In this document: one piece after another, positions 45,267-55,535 of the stretch
Layout of the letters: the number at the start of each line of letters is the position of its first letter
How positions within the stretch are numbered: the stretch's first letter is position 1
NCBI GenBank assembly: GCA_963805855.1
Contig: CAWDVW010000005.1
Coordinates: 960,001 to 1,024,000, forward strand
DNA: 64,000 nt
DNA from: Candidatus Dadabacteria bacterium
GTDB lineage: Bacteria > Desulfobacterota_D > UBA1144 > Nemesobacterales > CSP1-2
Direction of reading: 5' to 3'
Position numbers and translations under genes: made by a program
Notes under the pieces: model-generated
What the model was told of the DNA's origin: nothing
Database searches by the model: none
The model's input: only the letters and a program-made list of their open reading frames with translations

Positions 45267-46394
45267 ATGATTGGTAACGGAGTAAAACTAACAAAGATAC
45301 TGGGGATAGAAATCTGGGTTGATTATTCCTGGCTAGTGATATTTGCATTGGTCACGTGGAGTTTGGCAGGTGGGTTCTTCCCAAAAGAATATCCGGGCCT
45401 GACAAGCCAAGCCTATTGGATTATGGGTGCGTTCGCAGCCATTCTGCTATTTTTGTGCGTACTACTCCATGAGCTATCTCACTCCTATGTCGCACAAAAA
45501 TCAGGTATAGCTGTCCCGAGAATCACTCTCTTCTTATTCGGGGGTGTAGCGCAGATAGCTGAGGAGCCCAAGAATCCGAAAATAGAATTAAACGTAGCAG
45601 TAGCTGGCCCTATTTGCAGCTTATTACTGGCTTTATTGTTTTGGATTCTTTCGAAATCCGTGCTCGTCTCTTCAAATATACAATTTCTTGCAATATTCGA
45701 ATATCTTGCCTTCATCAACATAGCCCTTGCAATCTTCAACCTGGTTCCGGGCTTCCCCCTTGACGGAGGAAGGATACTTAGGGCCTATCTTTGGGATAGG
45801 TGGGGGGATGTAAGAAAAGCAACTCATACGGTAAGCCGGATTGGAAGCGGATTTGGCATAGGATTGATAATATTCGGTCTGATTAATTTTTTTTTGGGAA
45901 ACTTCATCGGAGGAATTTGGCTTGTTTTCATCGGTATGTTTTTAAACCAGGCTTCAAAGTCCGGCTATCGAATGACTCTGGCCAAAGACGCGCTGACTGG
46001 TGTAAAGGTAAGAGACATCATGACGTCCAAAGTCACTTCAGTCCCCGCTTCGATTTCAATTAACGAACTAGTCGATAAATACTTCCATCATTATATATTT
46101 GTCTGCTTTCCGGTTGTCGATGAACAAGGTGAGCTTTTAGGCCTAGTCTCGCTCAAACAGGTAAAGGATGTACCCAAAGAATTATGGGATCAAAAAACTG
46201 TAAATGATATTATGATGAGAAATTCTGATTTCAATATTCTCAGTCCCGATGACGACGCCTTAAAAGCGGTAAACCTGATTATGAGAAACGACCTGGGAAG
46301 AGCCCCAGTGGTAGAGAGAAGAAAACTGGTTGGAATTATTACGAGAAGAGATATAATGACATTTCTCTCCATAAAGTACGAACTCGGCACCTAA
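45267..46394 (+). CDS. Site-2 (M50) protease with CBS pair
   Basis: HELSH, AGP, FNLVPGFPLDGG, two CBS. Confidence 0.92.
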   Translation: MIGNGVKLTKILGIEIWVDYSWLVIFALVTWSLAGGFFPKEYPGLTSQAYWIMGAFAAILLFLCVLLHELSHSYVAQKSGIAVPRITLFLFGGVAQIAEEPKNPKIELNVAVAGPICSLLLALLFWILSKSVLVSSNIQFLAIFEYLAFINIALAIFNLVPGFPLDGGRILRAYLWDRWGDVRKATHTVSRIGSGFGIGLIIFGLINFFLGNFIGGIWLVFIGMFLNQASKSGYRMTLAKDALTGVKVRDIMTSKVTSVPASISINELVDKYFHHYIFVCFPVVDEQGELLGLVSLKQVKDVPKELWDQKTVNDIMMRNSDFNILSPDDDALKAVNLIMRNDLGRAPVVERRKLVGIITRRDIMTFLSIKYELGT

Positions 46395-46404
46395 CTTATC
46401 ATAA

Positions 46405-46980
46405 ATGACATCAAAATTAGTACTCGCTTCCTCTTCGCCAAGAAGGGAAAAGCTGTTAAGGAAATTAGGATTAGACTTTAATATAATTTCACCAAATGTA
46501 GTCGAAAAGCCTACAAATGGTGAATCTCCAGTTGAGTACGTACTAAGAATTTCTCTAGAAAAAGCTCTAACCGTTGCGGCTGCGTTGGAACACAAATATA
46601 TAGTAATAGGTGCCGACACAATAGTTGTATGTGATGGAGACATACTAGGAAAACCAGAGGATGAAGAAGAAGCAAAATCCATGCTTATGAGGCTCTCGGG
46701 AAGATATCACGAAGTGATGACAGGTCTATCTATTGTCAAGTCAAAGGGCGAAATAATGCATATCGAGTATGTTAAAAGTATGGTCAAGTTCAAATCGCTA
46801 AACCCAGATGAAATTGAAGAATATGTCAATACCAAGGAGCCTCTGGATAAGGCTGGCGGTTATGCGGCACAGGGAATCGGGGCGTTTATGATAGAAGAAA
46901 TTCAGGGCTCATTCACAAACATAGTCGGTCTCCCTCTTTCGAGTTTGTCGAACGCTCTTAAGAATCTGGGAATCATATAA
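46405..46980 (+). CDS. maf: Maf nucleotide pyrophosphatase
   Basis: LASSSPRR, GADT, DKAGGY, NIVGLP. Confidence 0.95.
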   Translation: MTSKLVLASSSPRREKLLRKLGLDFNIISPNVVEKPTNGESPVEYVLRISLEKALTVAAALEHKYIVIGADTIVVCDGDILGKPEDEEEAKSMLMRLSGRYHEVMTGLSIVKSKGEIMHIEYVKSMVKFKSLNPDEIEEYVNTKEPLDKAGGYAAQGIGAFMIEEIQGSFTNIVGLPLSSLSNALKNLGII

Positions 46981-46989
46981 TCATCGTTA

Positions 46990-47685
46990 ATGAAGATGGA
47001 AATAGCACAGTCCCTACAAGACATTCAGGAGAAAATATTTAGAGCCGCGGTCAGGGCTAAAAGAGACCCCACCGGAATAAGGATTGTTGCTGCTAGCAAA
47101 ACCGTGAATCCCGAAAGGGTCATAGAGGCCTATAACGCAGGGATCGATACCTTTGGTGAAAGCTACGCACAGGAGTTTAGAGATAAGCACCTAATAGTCG
47201 ATTCAATATTAGGACAGAAAGTAAAGTGGCATTTCGTAGGTCGGATCCAGAGGAATAAGGTGAAATATATTGTTGGTAAGGTTGAACTTATACACTCGCT
47301 TGATAATATTAAGGTTGCTGATGAGATCAACCGGAGAGCAGAAATGCTGGAAATCAGTGTTCAGGCTCTAATCGAGGTAAATGCCGGTGAGGAGTCAAAA
47401 GGTGGAGTCAATTTTGGAAATGTTAAGGGATTTCTCGAAGGCCTCAGAGCATTCCAAAACATTGAAATAGAAGGGCTAATGATTATGGCTCCTTATTTTG
47501 ATGAACCAGAAATGTCAAGGCCCTACTTCAAAAAACTAAGGGAATTGAGGGATGGATTAAAAAAGGATTTCCCAAGACTAACACAGCTTTCGATGGGAAT
47601 GAGCGCGGATTTTGAAATTGCGATCGAAGAAGGATCAACAATTGTAAGAATAGGAACCGCTATTTTCGGACCTAGACCCCAATGA
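46990..47685 (+). CDS. yggS: PLP homeostasis protein YggS
   Basis: [29 protein letters not shown]. Confidence 0.95.
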   Translation: MKMEIAQSLQDIQEKIFRAAVRAKRDPTGIRIVAASKTVNPERVIEAYNAGIDTFGESYAQEFRDKHLIVDSILGQKVKWHFVGRIQRNKVKYIVGKVELIHSLDNIKVADEINRRAEMLEISVQALIEVNAGEESKGGVNFGNVKGFLEGLRAFQNIEIEGLMIMAPYFDEPEMSRPYFKKLRELRDGLKKDFPRLTQLSMGMSADFEIAIEEGSTIVRIGTAIFGPRPQ

Positions 47686-47739
47686 ATGAAGAATCTTTAC
47701 AATAAGCCATTATTTAGGGAGTATTAAACTGGAGGAAAA

Positions 47740-48558
47740 ATGAAAAAATTAGGATTCATAGGGGCTGGCCACATGGGTGAGGCACTTTTAAGGGGACTGA
47801 TTGCGTCCGGAATGTGCAGAAAAGATCAGATTATAGTCAGTGACATTGATCCGGATAGACTTAAAGTGATGTCATCAAGCTATGATGTAAATACCACATC
47901 CAATAATAAAGAGGTATTGAAACGGTCAAATGTTGTCATACTAGCGGTAAAACCCGATGCGATAGGAGGTGTATTGAGTGAAATAAGGGGATTATTAACC
48001 CCGGGTAAGATCTTGATTTCCATCGCGGCCGGTATTACCACTTCCTTAATCTCTGAGAAAATAATGAAAAAAGTAAAGCTGGTTCGTGCGATGCCCAATA
48101 CACCTGCACTCGTACTAATGGGTGCAACCGTCCTTTATTTCAATCCGCTGTTAAACCAAAAAGAAAGAGAATTAATAAAGCGGATTTTTGAATCTGTAGG
48201 CACTGTGGATTTAGTAGAAAATGAAAAGCTACTTGATGCTGTTACGGGTCTGAGTGGGAGCGGTCCAGCTTTTGTCGCAATGTTTATCGACGCACTTTCG
48301 GATGGAGGCGTTAAGATGGGGCTCACAAAACGCGTAGCACTGAGACTTGCCGCCCAAACAGTATATGGAACGGCGAAACTAGTTCTTGATGGAGGGCTCC
48401 ACCCCGCTGAATTTAAGGACAGTGTTTCATCTCCGGCCGGAACCACGATTGAAGGAGTACATCAATTAGAGTTGTATGGTTTTAGGGGAAGCGTTATTTC
48501 GGCAGTGGAATCTGCTGCACTCCGCTCGAGAGAATTATCCAAGGGAGAATATAGATGA
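47740..48558 (+). CDS. proC: Pyrroline-5-carboxylate reductase
   Basis: FIGAG.M, LAVKP, RAMPNTP, SGSGPA, SP.GTT. Confidence 0.96.
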   Translation: MKKLGFIGAGHMGEALLRGLIASGMCRKDQIIVSDIDPDRLKVMSSSYDVNTTSNNKEVLKRSNVVILAVKPDAIGGVLSEIRGLLTPGKILISIAAGITTSLISEKIMKKVKLVRAMPNTPALVLMGATVLYFNPLLNQKERELIKRIFESVGTVDLVENEKLLDAVTGLSGSGPAFVAMFIDALSDGGVKMGLTKRVALRLAAQTVYGTAKLVLDGGLHPAEFKDSVSSPAGTTIEGVHQLELYGFRGSVISAVESAALRSRELSKGEYR

Positions 48559-48866
48559 ACATTATTGCGAACCTAATCGGCGCTCTCGCAACGGTTCTGG
48601 ATATATTGCTCAATGTCTATATGTGGATAATAGTAGCAAGGGCTATAATATCGTGGGTAAGCCCGAATCCATATAATCCGATCGTAAACTTTCTGATAGT
48701 GGCTACCGAACCGGTGCTCAGGTTCGCGAGAAGAATCGTCCCCCCGATAGGAGGAACTTTCGACCTCTCGCCGATACTTGTACTAGTTGCTATCGTCTTT
48801 TTGAGACAATTCCTAGTTCAAACCCTTCATCAATTGGCAATCAACTTGAGTACCGGTGCCTTTTGA
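48555..48866 (+). CDS. yggT: YggT family membrane protein
   Basis: ISWV.P.PYNP, TEP.L, DLSP. Confidence 0.92.
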   Translation: MNIIANLIGALATVLDILLNVYMWIIVARAIISWVSPNPYNPIVNFLIVATEPVLRFARRIVPPIGGTFDLSPILVLVAIVFLRQFLVQTLHQLAINLSTGAF

Positions 48867-49162
48867 AATACGATAAAAAACAATCTTCTATGACTATAGA
48901 GGTTAAAGTGGTGCCGAAATCCGGACGTGATGAGATTCGGGGATTTATAAATGGAATACTAAAGGTTAGGGTTTCTGCCCCCCCAATAGAAGGAAAAGCA
49001 AATGAAGGGGTCGTAGAGTTGATTTCGAGCACAATAGGAGTGCCGAGATCTGACATAACTATAATAAAAGGTAGGACCTCAAGAATAAAAACCATAAGCA
49101 TCGAAGGCGTATCACAAAGTAAATTCAATTGGTTTAAAAAAACTTATTCCGACAAAAAATAA
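48863..49162 (+). CDS. yggU: DUF167/YggU family protein
   Basis: V.P.S, LKVRV.APP.EGKAN, G.TSR.K. Confidence 0.9.
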   Translation: MKYDKKQSSMTIEVKVVPKSGRDEIRGFINGILKVRVSAPPIEGKANEGVVELISSTIGVPRSDITIIKGRTSRIKTISIEGVSQSKFNWFKKTYSDKK

Positions 49163-49256
49163 ATCTTCTAAACATAACCCGTAAAACATTTATGAATTCG
49201 GAACCGATCCTTAGTACAAACCAAAAAGAGGTAAGTTAAGATTGTTGAGCATTCTC

Positions 49257-50027
49257 ATGCCAGATAGCAAATTACACTATTTGCGTAGCGATATTTTCAA
49301 CAAAGTTCATCCTACGATTTTGATGATTCATGGTGCCGGCCAGACGGGTAAGACCTGGGAAAATCAATTTGAGATTCTACGAGACCAGGCCAAATTTAAT
49401 ACCGTAATAGTAGATCTTCCGGGTCACGGTAAATCTATCGGACCAGGCTGCTCGAGAATAGAGGAGTACAAGAATTTCTTAAAATATTTCTGTGACGAAC
49501 TAGATTTGACAGATCTAATTCTCGTCGGTCATTCAATGGGGGGTGGAATAGCGCAGCGATATGCCATCGACCACCCGCAAAGTGTTAATTCCCTGATTCT
49601 TGTAGCGACCGGCGCCAGGCTCAGAGTCGCTAAAGAAACTCTCAATTTAGTAAAAACCGACTACGGTAGATTTTGTGAAATCGCTCCTTCCCGCGCCTTC
49701 GCAGACTCATCTCCTGACGAATTAAAAGAAGAATTCAGACGGGGACTCTTGAGTGTGGCACCCGAGGTGGTATTTCAGGATTTTATCGCATGTGATAAGT
49801 TCGATATTACGGGCGACGTTGAGGCCATCGGGGTGCCGACGCTCATCATTTCAGGTGATCAGGATATTCTAACCCCTGTAAAATATGGAGAGTATCTCCA
49901 CGAAAAGATTAAAAACTCAACTCTTCAAGTAATAAGGGACGCAGGACACTTTATGATGAAAGAAAAGCCCCATGAATTCAACAGGGTTCTAGCGAATTTC
50001 CTTAAATCCCGATCAGAATTCCTTTAA
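49257..50027 (+). CDS. Alpha/beta hydrolase
   Basis: IHGAG, DLPGHG, GHSMGG, D..TP, AGH. Confidence 0.9.
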   Translation: MPDSKLHYLRSDIFNKVHPTILMIHGAGQTGKTWENQFEILRDQAKFNTVIVDLPGHGKSIGPGCSRIEEYKNFLKYFCDELDLTDLILVGHSMGGGIAQRYAIDHPQSVNSLILVATGARLRVAKETLNLVKTDYGRFCEIAPSRAFADSSPDELKEEFRRGLLSVAPEVVFQDFIACDKFDITGDVEAIGVPTLIISGDQDILTPVKYGEYLHEKIKNSTLQVIRDAGHFMMKEKPHEFNRVLANFLKSRSEFL

Positions 50028-50155
50028 TACAGACCCCTGCTGGTAAGAAAGCATCGAATGGATGTTTTTCTCAAAAAACCTAGGTTTTCATAGCTAGCCT
50101 CTTGAAATATCGATAAAAGTGAATAATAGTCATAATATTGGGGTATTAGAATAAA

Positions 50156-50563
50156 ATGGGACGAAGATACATAATCACAATTTTGTTCTTATTATTAACA
50201 GTGACTTCGGTGTACCCTCAAGCAAATGATAGCCCAGGGCCCACGGTTCAAAAACCGCTGGAAAATCTTAAATTGCTCCCTGACCAATTCCATTTTCTAG
50301 AAAATGGCAATCCTGAGAGCTCCTCAATCACTGAATCGGATGAAATTGATTTAAATCAATTGCTAAATAGCTACTCAGTATATCCTACGATGGAATTCAA
50401 CCTCACGGATAAGATTAGGTCACAAAATAAAAACAAATCCGTGATACTATGGGGAGGGGTCGTGCCATTTTTGTCCATTCCGGACCCTGATCAAAAGGAA
50501 CAGGAAAGTTCCTTTTCTAAAGAAAGCTTTTCTATTTTCTGGCATCTGAAGAAAAGGTTCTAA
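50156..50563 (+). CDS. Hypothetical exported protein
   Basis: Signal peptide; ends in an aromatic beta-strand-like segment with terminal Phe. Confidence 0.6.
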   Translation: MGRRYIITILFLLLTVTSVYPQANDSPGPTVQKPLENLKLLPDQFHFLENGNPESSSITESDEIDLNQLLNSYSVYPTMEFNLTDKIRSQNKNKSVILWGGVVPFLSIPDPDQKEQESSFSKESFSIFWHLKKRF

Positions 50564-50658
50564 GTGATCTAACAATTAAAGTATCGTCAAATTCATTCAC
50601 TTTACTCAACCGATTCTTTTGTTAAACTAATGCAAAATTGAACATAGGAGTGTAACAA

Positions 50659-51318
50659 ATGAAAATCTCTCTATTGGGCGGAACCGGAGATATCGCAGAG
50701 GGACTTGTGCTTCGCTGGTCAAAAGTCGGTCACGAAATATTCATCGGCTCGAGGAGCGACGAGAAAGCCAAGGGCATAGCATCACAGTACAACGAAAAAC
50801 TTTCAGAGCGTGGAATAAAGTCCATCATACACGGAATGCCTAACGCAGAAGCTGCCAAAGAGTCTGAGGTGATTATCATAAGCATACCGCCGGAATACGC
50901 AGTTTCCACATTGGAAGGTGTACGAGATAGCATTAATAATCAAATCGTTGTCTCACCGGTAGTTCCAATGGTTAAGAGGGGTAAGTCTTTCTTTTATACT
51001 CCGCCTCCTCTGGGTTCTGCGGCGCTTGAGATAAGACAGGTTTTGCCCGAAGGCGCAAGACTTGTCTCCGCATATCATAATCTCCCGGCGAAGGAACTTA
51101 GTGACATAGAACATGATCTTGATTATGACGTAGTGATATGTGGAGATGACGACGAAGCAAAGGGGGTCGTCAAGAAGCTGACTGAAGATATGCCGAATCT
51201 CAGGGTCCTCGATGCCGGACCCCTTGAAATCTCGTACATGATAGAGGGGATTACACCACTTATTGTCAACCTGAACGTACGGTATAAACCACAGCACTTT
51301 TCGATCAAGTTCGTCTGA
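50659..51318 (+). CDS. npdG: NADPH-dependent F420 reductase
   Basis: LLGGTG, IGSR..KA, SPVVP, GSAA, SAYHNLPA, DAGPL, E.ITPL..N. Confidence 0.9.
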   Translation: MKISLLGGTGDIAEGLVLRWSKVGHEIFIGSRSDEKAKGIASQYNEKLSERGIKSIIHGMPNAEAAKESEVIIISIPPEYAVSTLEGVRDSINNQIVVSPVVPMVKRGKSFFYTPPPLGSAALEIRQVLPEGARLVSAYHNLPAKELSDIEHDLDYDVVICGDDDEAKGVVKKLTEDMPNLRVLDAGPLEISYMIEGITPLIVNLNVRYKPQHFSIKFV

Positions 51319-51329
51319 TCAGGGGGTAA

Positions 51330-51749
51330 TCACTCACCTAACACCTGTATCACCACCCTTCTGGTCCTGGGTCTATTATCAAAATCGATAAGGACAATCT
51401 GCTGCCATGTTCCCAGAAGTAGCTTTGCGGATGAAAACGGTACAGTCAGGGAAGGCCCTAACAGGGACGCTCTGATGTGGGAATAGCCATTTCCGTCGCC
51501 CCACCTTGCATCATGGTGATAATGGATACCCTTCGGTGCAATCCTTTCTATAGCCCCCTGAAAATCCCTTACCGCTCCTTCCTCGTACTCGATCGTTGTA
51601 ACACCTGCCGTAGAACCAGGCACAAATACCGTCACTATTCCCGATGAAATGCCGGAATCTTTCAGCACGTTCGTAACTTTCCCTGTTATATCTATTAAAT
51701 CAGAATCTCCGGAAGTCTTCAGACTAAAATCAAAGGTTTCAACCGCCAT
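51330..51749 (-). CDS. yjbQ: YjbQ/UPF0047 family protein
   Basis: GSTAG, NG.SH.RA.L.G, LGTWQ. Confidence 0.92.
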   Translation of the reverse strand: MAVETFDFSLKTSGDSDLIDITGKVTNVLKDSGISSGIVTVFVPGSTAGVTTIEYEEGAVRDFQGAIERIAPKGIHYHHDARWGDGNGYSHIRASLLGPSLTVPFSSAKLLLGTWQQIVLIDFDNRPRTRRVVIQVLGE

Positions 51750-51761
51750 TTTATCCTTCTC

Positions 51762-52727
51762 CTATAGAAGCTTTAGCTGAGAGGGTTTTTCAAGAGGCTT
51801 GGCATTGAACCCCCTCTTCTTAAGACTCATAGAAAACTCAACACCGAAACCGTTTACCACATATACTTCGGTGGGCTTTACAATTTCAACAAACTCAATC
51901 AGCTCATCAAAACCTGCATGATTACTGAGTGGAAAGGCTTCGTCAGCACCAAATGCCGATTTTACAGAAACCCTATCCAATGCCCACCCTGCTACCACTC
52001 CGATACGTTTATCTTCAATGGTTTCGAGTTCGTCAGAATCTCTGGCAGACAGCGGCAACAGTAATACTTTATTTTCGATCTTCATAGGATCAAAACTCTC
52101 ATAGTTCACAAAATCAACGCCGAATTCCTCATAAATCTTAATCACATCGAATATAGATTTATGAAGGCTCAGATTATATGCCTGACTACCCAATACCTTT
52201 ACCAAATCCTGCGCACTCCCCAAATGATTTATCAAGATTACGGGTGCATGGCCAGATGAGAAAGATTCATCTATGAAGGCCCTGATAGATTCAATTACGT
52301 CTTCTGTTGGAGGGAAAATGTAGTTGGGCAATCCGTAGGTACATTTAATGACAAGTATGTCACAATGCTTAGGTACTGCCTGTTCGGAGGTTTCACTTGA
52401 TCTTAGCCTGAGATCACCCGTGTAAACTACCTTTTTGCCATCGAAATCTACCGAGATCTGAGAAGATCCCAGCATTGCCCCAGAAGGTAATAGCTCGACC
52501 TGAACCCTTCCAAGCGAAAATGGCCGATTGAAAGGGCAGGCTAGAACGACGGAATTTCTTATTTTTTTTCCTAAAAGTCTTATAGTCTGTGGTGTCGCAA
52601 TTATTTTCTTATGGGGCCCAAATTTATTAAACCCGGCGTTAGATATAAACGACAACGGCACTTTCCTTTTAGCATCGAACCACAGATCGGTACTTTTTAG
52701 ATGAATACCATCTTTATACTCGATCAT
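51762..52727 (-). CDS. MBL/beta-CASP-fold protein with degenerate metal site
   Basis: Fold landmarks YTGD, TYG.P.Y.FP, GW, PLSNHA present; HxHxDH replaced by NAGFNK. Confidence 0.75.
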   Translation of the reverse strand: MIEYKDGIHLKSTDLWFDAKRKVPLSFISNAGFNKFGPHKKIIATPQTIRLLGKKIRNSVVLACPFNRPFSLGRVQVELLPSGAMLGSSQISVDFDGKKVVYTGDLRLRSSETSEQAVPKHCDILVIKCTYGLPNYIFPPTEDVIESIRAFIDESFSSGHAPVILINHLGSAQDLVKVLGSQAYNLSLHKSIFDVIKIYEEFGVDFVNYESFDPMKIENKVLLLPLSARDSDELETIEDKRIGVVAGWALDRVSVKSAFGADEAFPLSNHAGFDELIEFVEIVKPTEVYVVNGFGVEFSMSLKKRGFNAKPLEKPSQLKLL

Positions 52728-52917
52728 CTCTTTTCGATTAGTCTAAGGCCAGTCGGGAAATTTTCAAGTTTATTCTTCCTGAACGATCGCTTCCACATGG
52801 GCATGAAAACCTTGATTCCGACGTCATGAAAACGCATTAGCAACCCTTTATGCAATATCCTCGGGATATCCCAACAACTTTTGTATATTTTTTAAAATTG
52901 ACTGATTAAGGGAAGGG

Positions 52918-52951
52918 GCACTTGGCTCTGCTATATAGCAGAGCCAAGTGC
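52918..52951. terminator. Perfect 34-bp palindrome at the islet edge
   Basis: gcacttggctctgctat/atagcagagccaagtgc, 20 bp past the stop of the minus-strand gene. Confidence 0.55.
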
Positions 52952-52970
52952 ATTACCTCATTCCTAAGAT

Positions 52971-53351
52971 TTACCAAAGCCCCTGTATTGCAACACCATT
53001 GTGAGCGGTTACAACCTTGCCCTTGCCTGCCCATTCTACCAATGCACCGATGTCATTCCATTCTTCCGGCGCTCTCTTCCAGTGATCGTCGAGACCCGCC
53101 TGATTTTCGTACATCTCGTCCAACACGAACATCGTGTTTCCTGTCGGGGCAGACGTAGGATCCAGAGGATTCTCCAGTTCCGGCCCTTTAATGATGTTAT
53201 AGCGAAGCATAGCTAACTCTCCGGATCTGTGATGCGTTTCCTCCATCCATTTAGCGTGGCTTGCGAAAATTCTTTCTCCCTCGGCTACATGCTCCGGGGG
53301 GCAAATAAACGTGATGGTAATCTGTGTTTTGCCTATTGTAGACATATACAC
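52971..53351 (-). CDS. Hypothetical protein, dimeric alpha+beta barrel (ABM-like)
   Basis: FVLDEMY...GLDDHW resembles the ABM F..E.Y....L..H pattern; AGGAGG RBS. Confidence 0.6.
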   Translation of the reverse strand: MYMSTIGKTQITITFICPPEHVAEGERIFASHAKWMEETHHRSGELAMLRYNIIKGPELENPLDPTSAPTGNTMFVLDEMYENQAGLDDHWKRAPEEWNDIGALVEWAGKGKVVTAHNGVAIQGLW

Positions 53352-53613
53352 ACCTCCTTTGTTGGGATATTTTGCTTATTTCTCTAAATACGATGAGAAT
53401 TTGAATTTGGCCTCCACTGAAGTATTAACTACTTGGATATAAAACACAAATTATGTCCGAATGATATCTGTTCGCGCTACCAATACGTGACTAATTCTGA
53501 TATGCCTTCATTGACATGAGCCTGGTGTCATCATGCAGAGCCACGCTTTGTGCCGGACGGCTTACGATGTTGCAAAAACGGTCGTTTATGCAACATTTCG
53601 ACTGGCGAAATTT

Positions 53614-53988
53614 TCAAGTTGATAAACTGAGCGGTCGCTGCGCACCCTGTAGTCGAGCCGATGATTTGGGTGAACAGCAAATCTTTATCAATTTCGCGCG
53701 TTCCCGTTGCATCTGAGGATTTTGAGCCAGCCAGGCTTGCACTTCCTGGAGTATTCGTGCGGTATGTGAATCAGCAGGATTAACAATACGATAATGCATC
53801 CACTTCCACTGGCGCCTGGCAGCAACCAACCCGGCCCTGCGTAAGTAAGCCAAATGACGTGAGATCTTGGGTTGACTAATACCTAGAACTTCAACGAAAA
53901 AGCAAACACATACCTCATCATCACGCATAAGATTAAGCAGGCGCAACCGCGTAGTATCCGCAAGTGCACGAAGCAACAGTTCCATCAT
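53614..53988 (-). CDS. arsR: ArsR family repressor
   Basis: ALAD.TRL, EVCVC, SQPKISRHL, C-terminal CC. Confidence 0.9.
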   Translation of the reverse strand: MMELLLRALADTTRLRLLNLMRDDEVCVCFFVEVLGISQPKISRHLAYLRRAGLVAARRQWKWMHYRIVNPADSHTARILQEVQAWLAQNPQMQRERAKLIKICCSPKSSARLQGAQRPLSLST

Positions 53989-54032
53989 AAGCCTCCGTTC
54001 GATTCGAGTCTATTATATTCTATCATAAGAAT

Positions 54033-54100
54033 TCATATATGTCTTGACATATATGATTCTGCATTGTATGGTTCGTTCATATCTGCATAAGCGCATATGA
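54033..54100. promoter_or_regulatory. ars promoter/operator region
   Basis: IR tcatatatgtc-tt-gacatatatga over TTGACA(54044)-N17-TATGGT; second IR tcatat..atatga at 54077-54100. Confidence 0.7.
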
Positions 54101-54195
54101 TATAAGGGAGGGATACCCACTGTAGCACCTAACACCGTTATGGCCCGGCATGGATCGATATCACATTTCCAGCTTGGAGGGGATCCTAAACCAAA

Positions 54196-54432
54196 ATGAC
54201 CTCAAGTCAGAAGCTAATCTGGGGCTGGCTCCGCTTGTTTCTTGGGGTGGTTCAGATGGTGTTAGCTACAGCTTGTGTTGGCCTTCTGTTTACGCTTGGT
54301 CTGCACTTGACGACTTCGATGTTCTTTGCTGAGGCTACTGCGGCGACGATTATAAGCCGCTTAGTCTGCCACGGGCACGCCGATCCAGATCTTGAAGGGA
54401 AAGTCCCAAGGAGGAATCCTCTGAATGAGTAA
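54196..54432 (+). CDS. Small hydrophobic hypothetical ORF (possibly degraded)
   Basis: 78 aa, two hydrophobic segments, overlaps acr3 start. Confidence 0.35.
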   Translation: MTSSQKLIWGWLRLFLGVVQMVLATACVGLLFTLGLHLTTSMFFAEATAATIISRLVCHGHADPDLEGKVPRRNPLNE

Positions 54433-55534
54433 AGTTACTGCCCTCATCGAAAAATTTCAAAATTTTAAACTACTGCCTTTCTTTGTTCTAATTAGCATGG
54501 GGATCGGGATTACTCTCGGGAAGATTTATTCCATCTCTAATTTTGAGCTAACTCCACCTATTGATGCTATCGTATCTATTTTTAAAGGTACCTATACGTT
54601 CTCTCTGGCTAATTCCCTTGCTCTTGGTGTGGTAATCGGTTTGTTCTTAATGATGTATCCGGCTATGACTAATATCAAATTTGAAGATCTGGGCAGGGCA
54701 GTTAAATCACCGAAACAACTTCTAGTGGTATTATTTTTCAACTTCGCCGTTGCACCTTTTTGGATGTTGTTCCTGGCAAACATGTTTTTAAAACCCGGGA
54801 GCGATTTCCATACAGGTCTGGTACTTTATGGATTAGCGCCATGCATTGCTATGGTAATCATCTTCACATTCCTATCTTTTGGAAATACAGCAATGGCAAT
54901 CGTATTGGTGGCAATGAATTCTATACTACAGATGATTCTCATTCCGGTTTATGCCAAGTGGCTTTTAGGCAACGTAAGCTTTGATGTGTGGGTAGTAGCC
55001 GAAAGTGTTGTACTCTACCTTGGCATTCCGCTAATGGCTGGCTTTTTCACCCGTCGCTGGGGTGTGAAAAAGTACGGCGAGGTTGGCTTCACGAAGGTTA
55101 AAACTTATCTTGACAGCTTATCTATCATTGGGCTTCTGTTCACGCTCATTGTAATGTTTGCGCTCAAAGGGGATTTGATTATGGAACAGCCCGGCATCAT
55201 TCTAAAGTTGGCGGTGCCAATGACATTATTTTTCTGGAGCATATTTATTGTTGCATATCTCGTTGGATGGAAACTCGGCTTCAACTACGAAGATGCAACG
55301 GCTGTAGCATTTAATTCCACTGGTCGTGACTTTGAAATTGCCATTGCAATCGCCATTACTGCTTTCAACCCAACCGTCGCCTTGGCGACTGTGATTGGAC
55401 CTCTTATCGAAGTACCCGTGATGCTAGTGTTGGTCTGGTTTGCACGGATAACAAGGTACAGGTTGTTTGCTGAACCGGCAAAAGAATTTGAAGTTATCCG
55501 CGTGAGTCAGCCCAAAGGCAAGGAGGTAGCTTAA
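54425..55534 (+). CDS. acr3: Acr3 arsenite efflux transporter
   Basis: MMYP, GLAPCIAMV, YLGIPL, LLFTLI.MF, FEIAIA, GPLIEVPV. Confidence 0.92.
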   Translation: MSKVTALIEKFQNFKLLPFFVLISMGIGITLGKIYSISNFELTPPIDAIVSIFKGTYTFSLANSLALGVVIGLFLMMYPAMTNIKFEDLGRAVKSPKQLLVVLFFNFAVAPFWMLFLANMFLKPGSDFHTGLVLYGLAPCIAMVIIFTFLSFGNTAMAIVLVAMNSILQMILIPVYAKWLLGNVSFDVWVVAESVVLYLGIPLMAGFFTRRWGVKKYGEVGFTKVKTYLDSLSIIGLLFTLIVMFALKGDLIMEQPGIILKLAVPMTLFFWSIFIVAYLVGWKLGFNYEDATAVAFNSTGRDFEIAIAIAITAFNPTVALATVIGPLIEVPVMLVLVWFARITRYRLFAEPAKEFEVIRVSQPKGKEVA

Positions 55535-55535
55535 A

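Noticed and set aside
54125-54150. gcacctaacaccgttat as a second attC
   Set aside because: No complementary arm or GTTRRRY core downstream.
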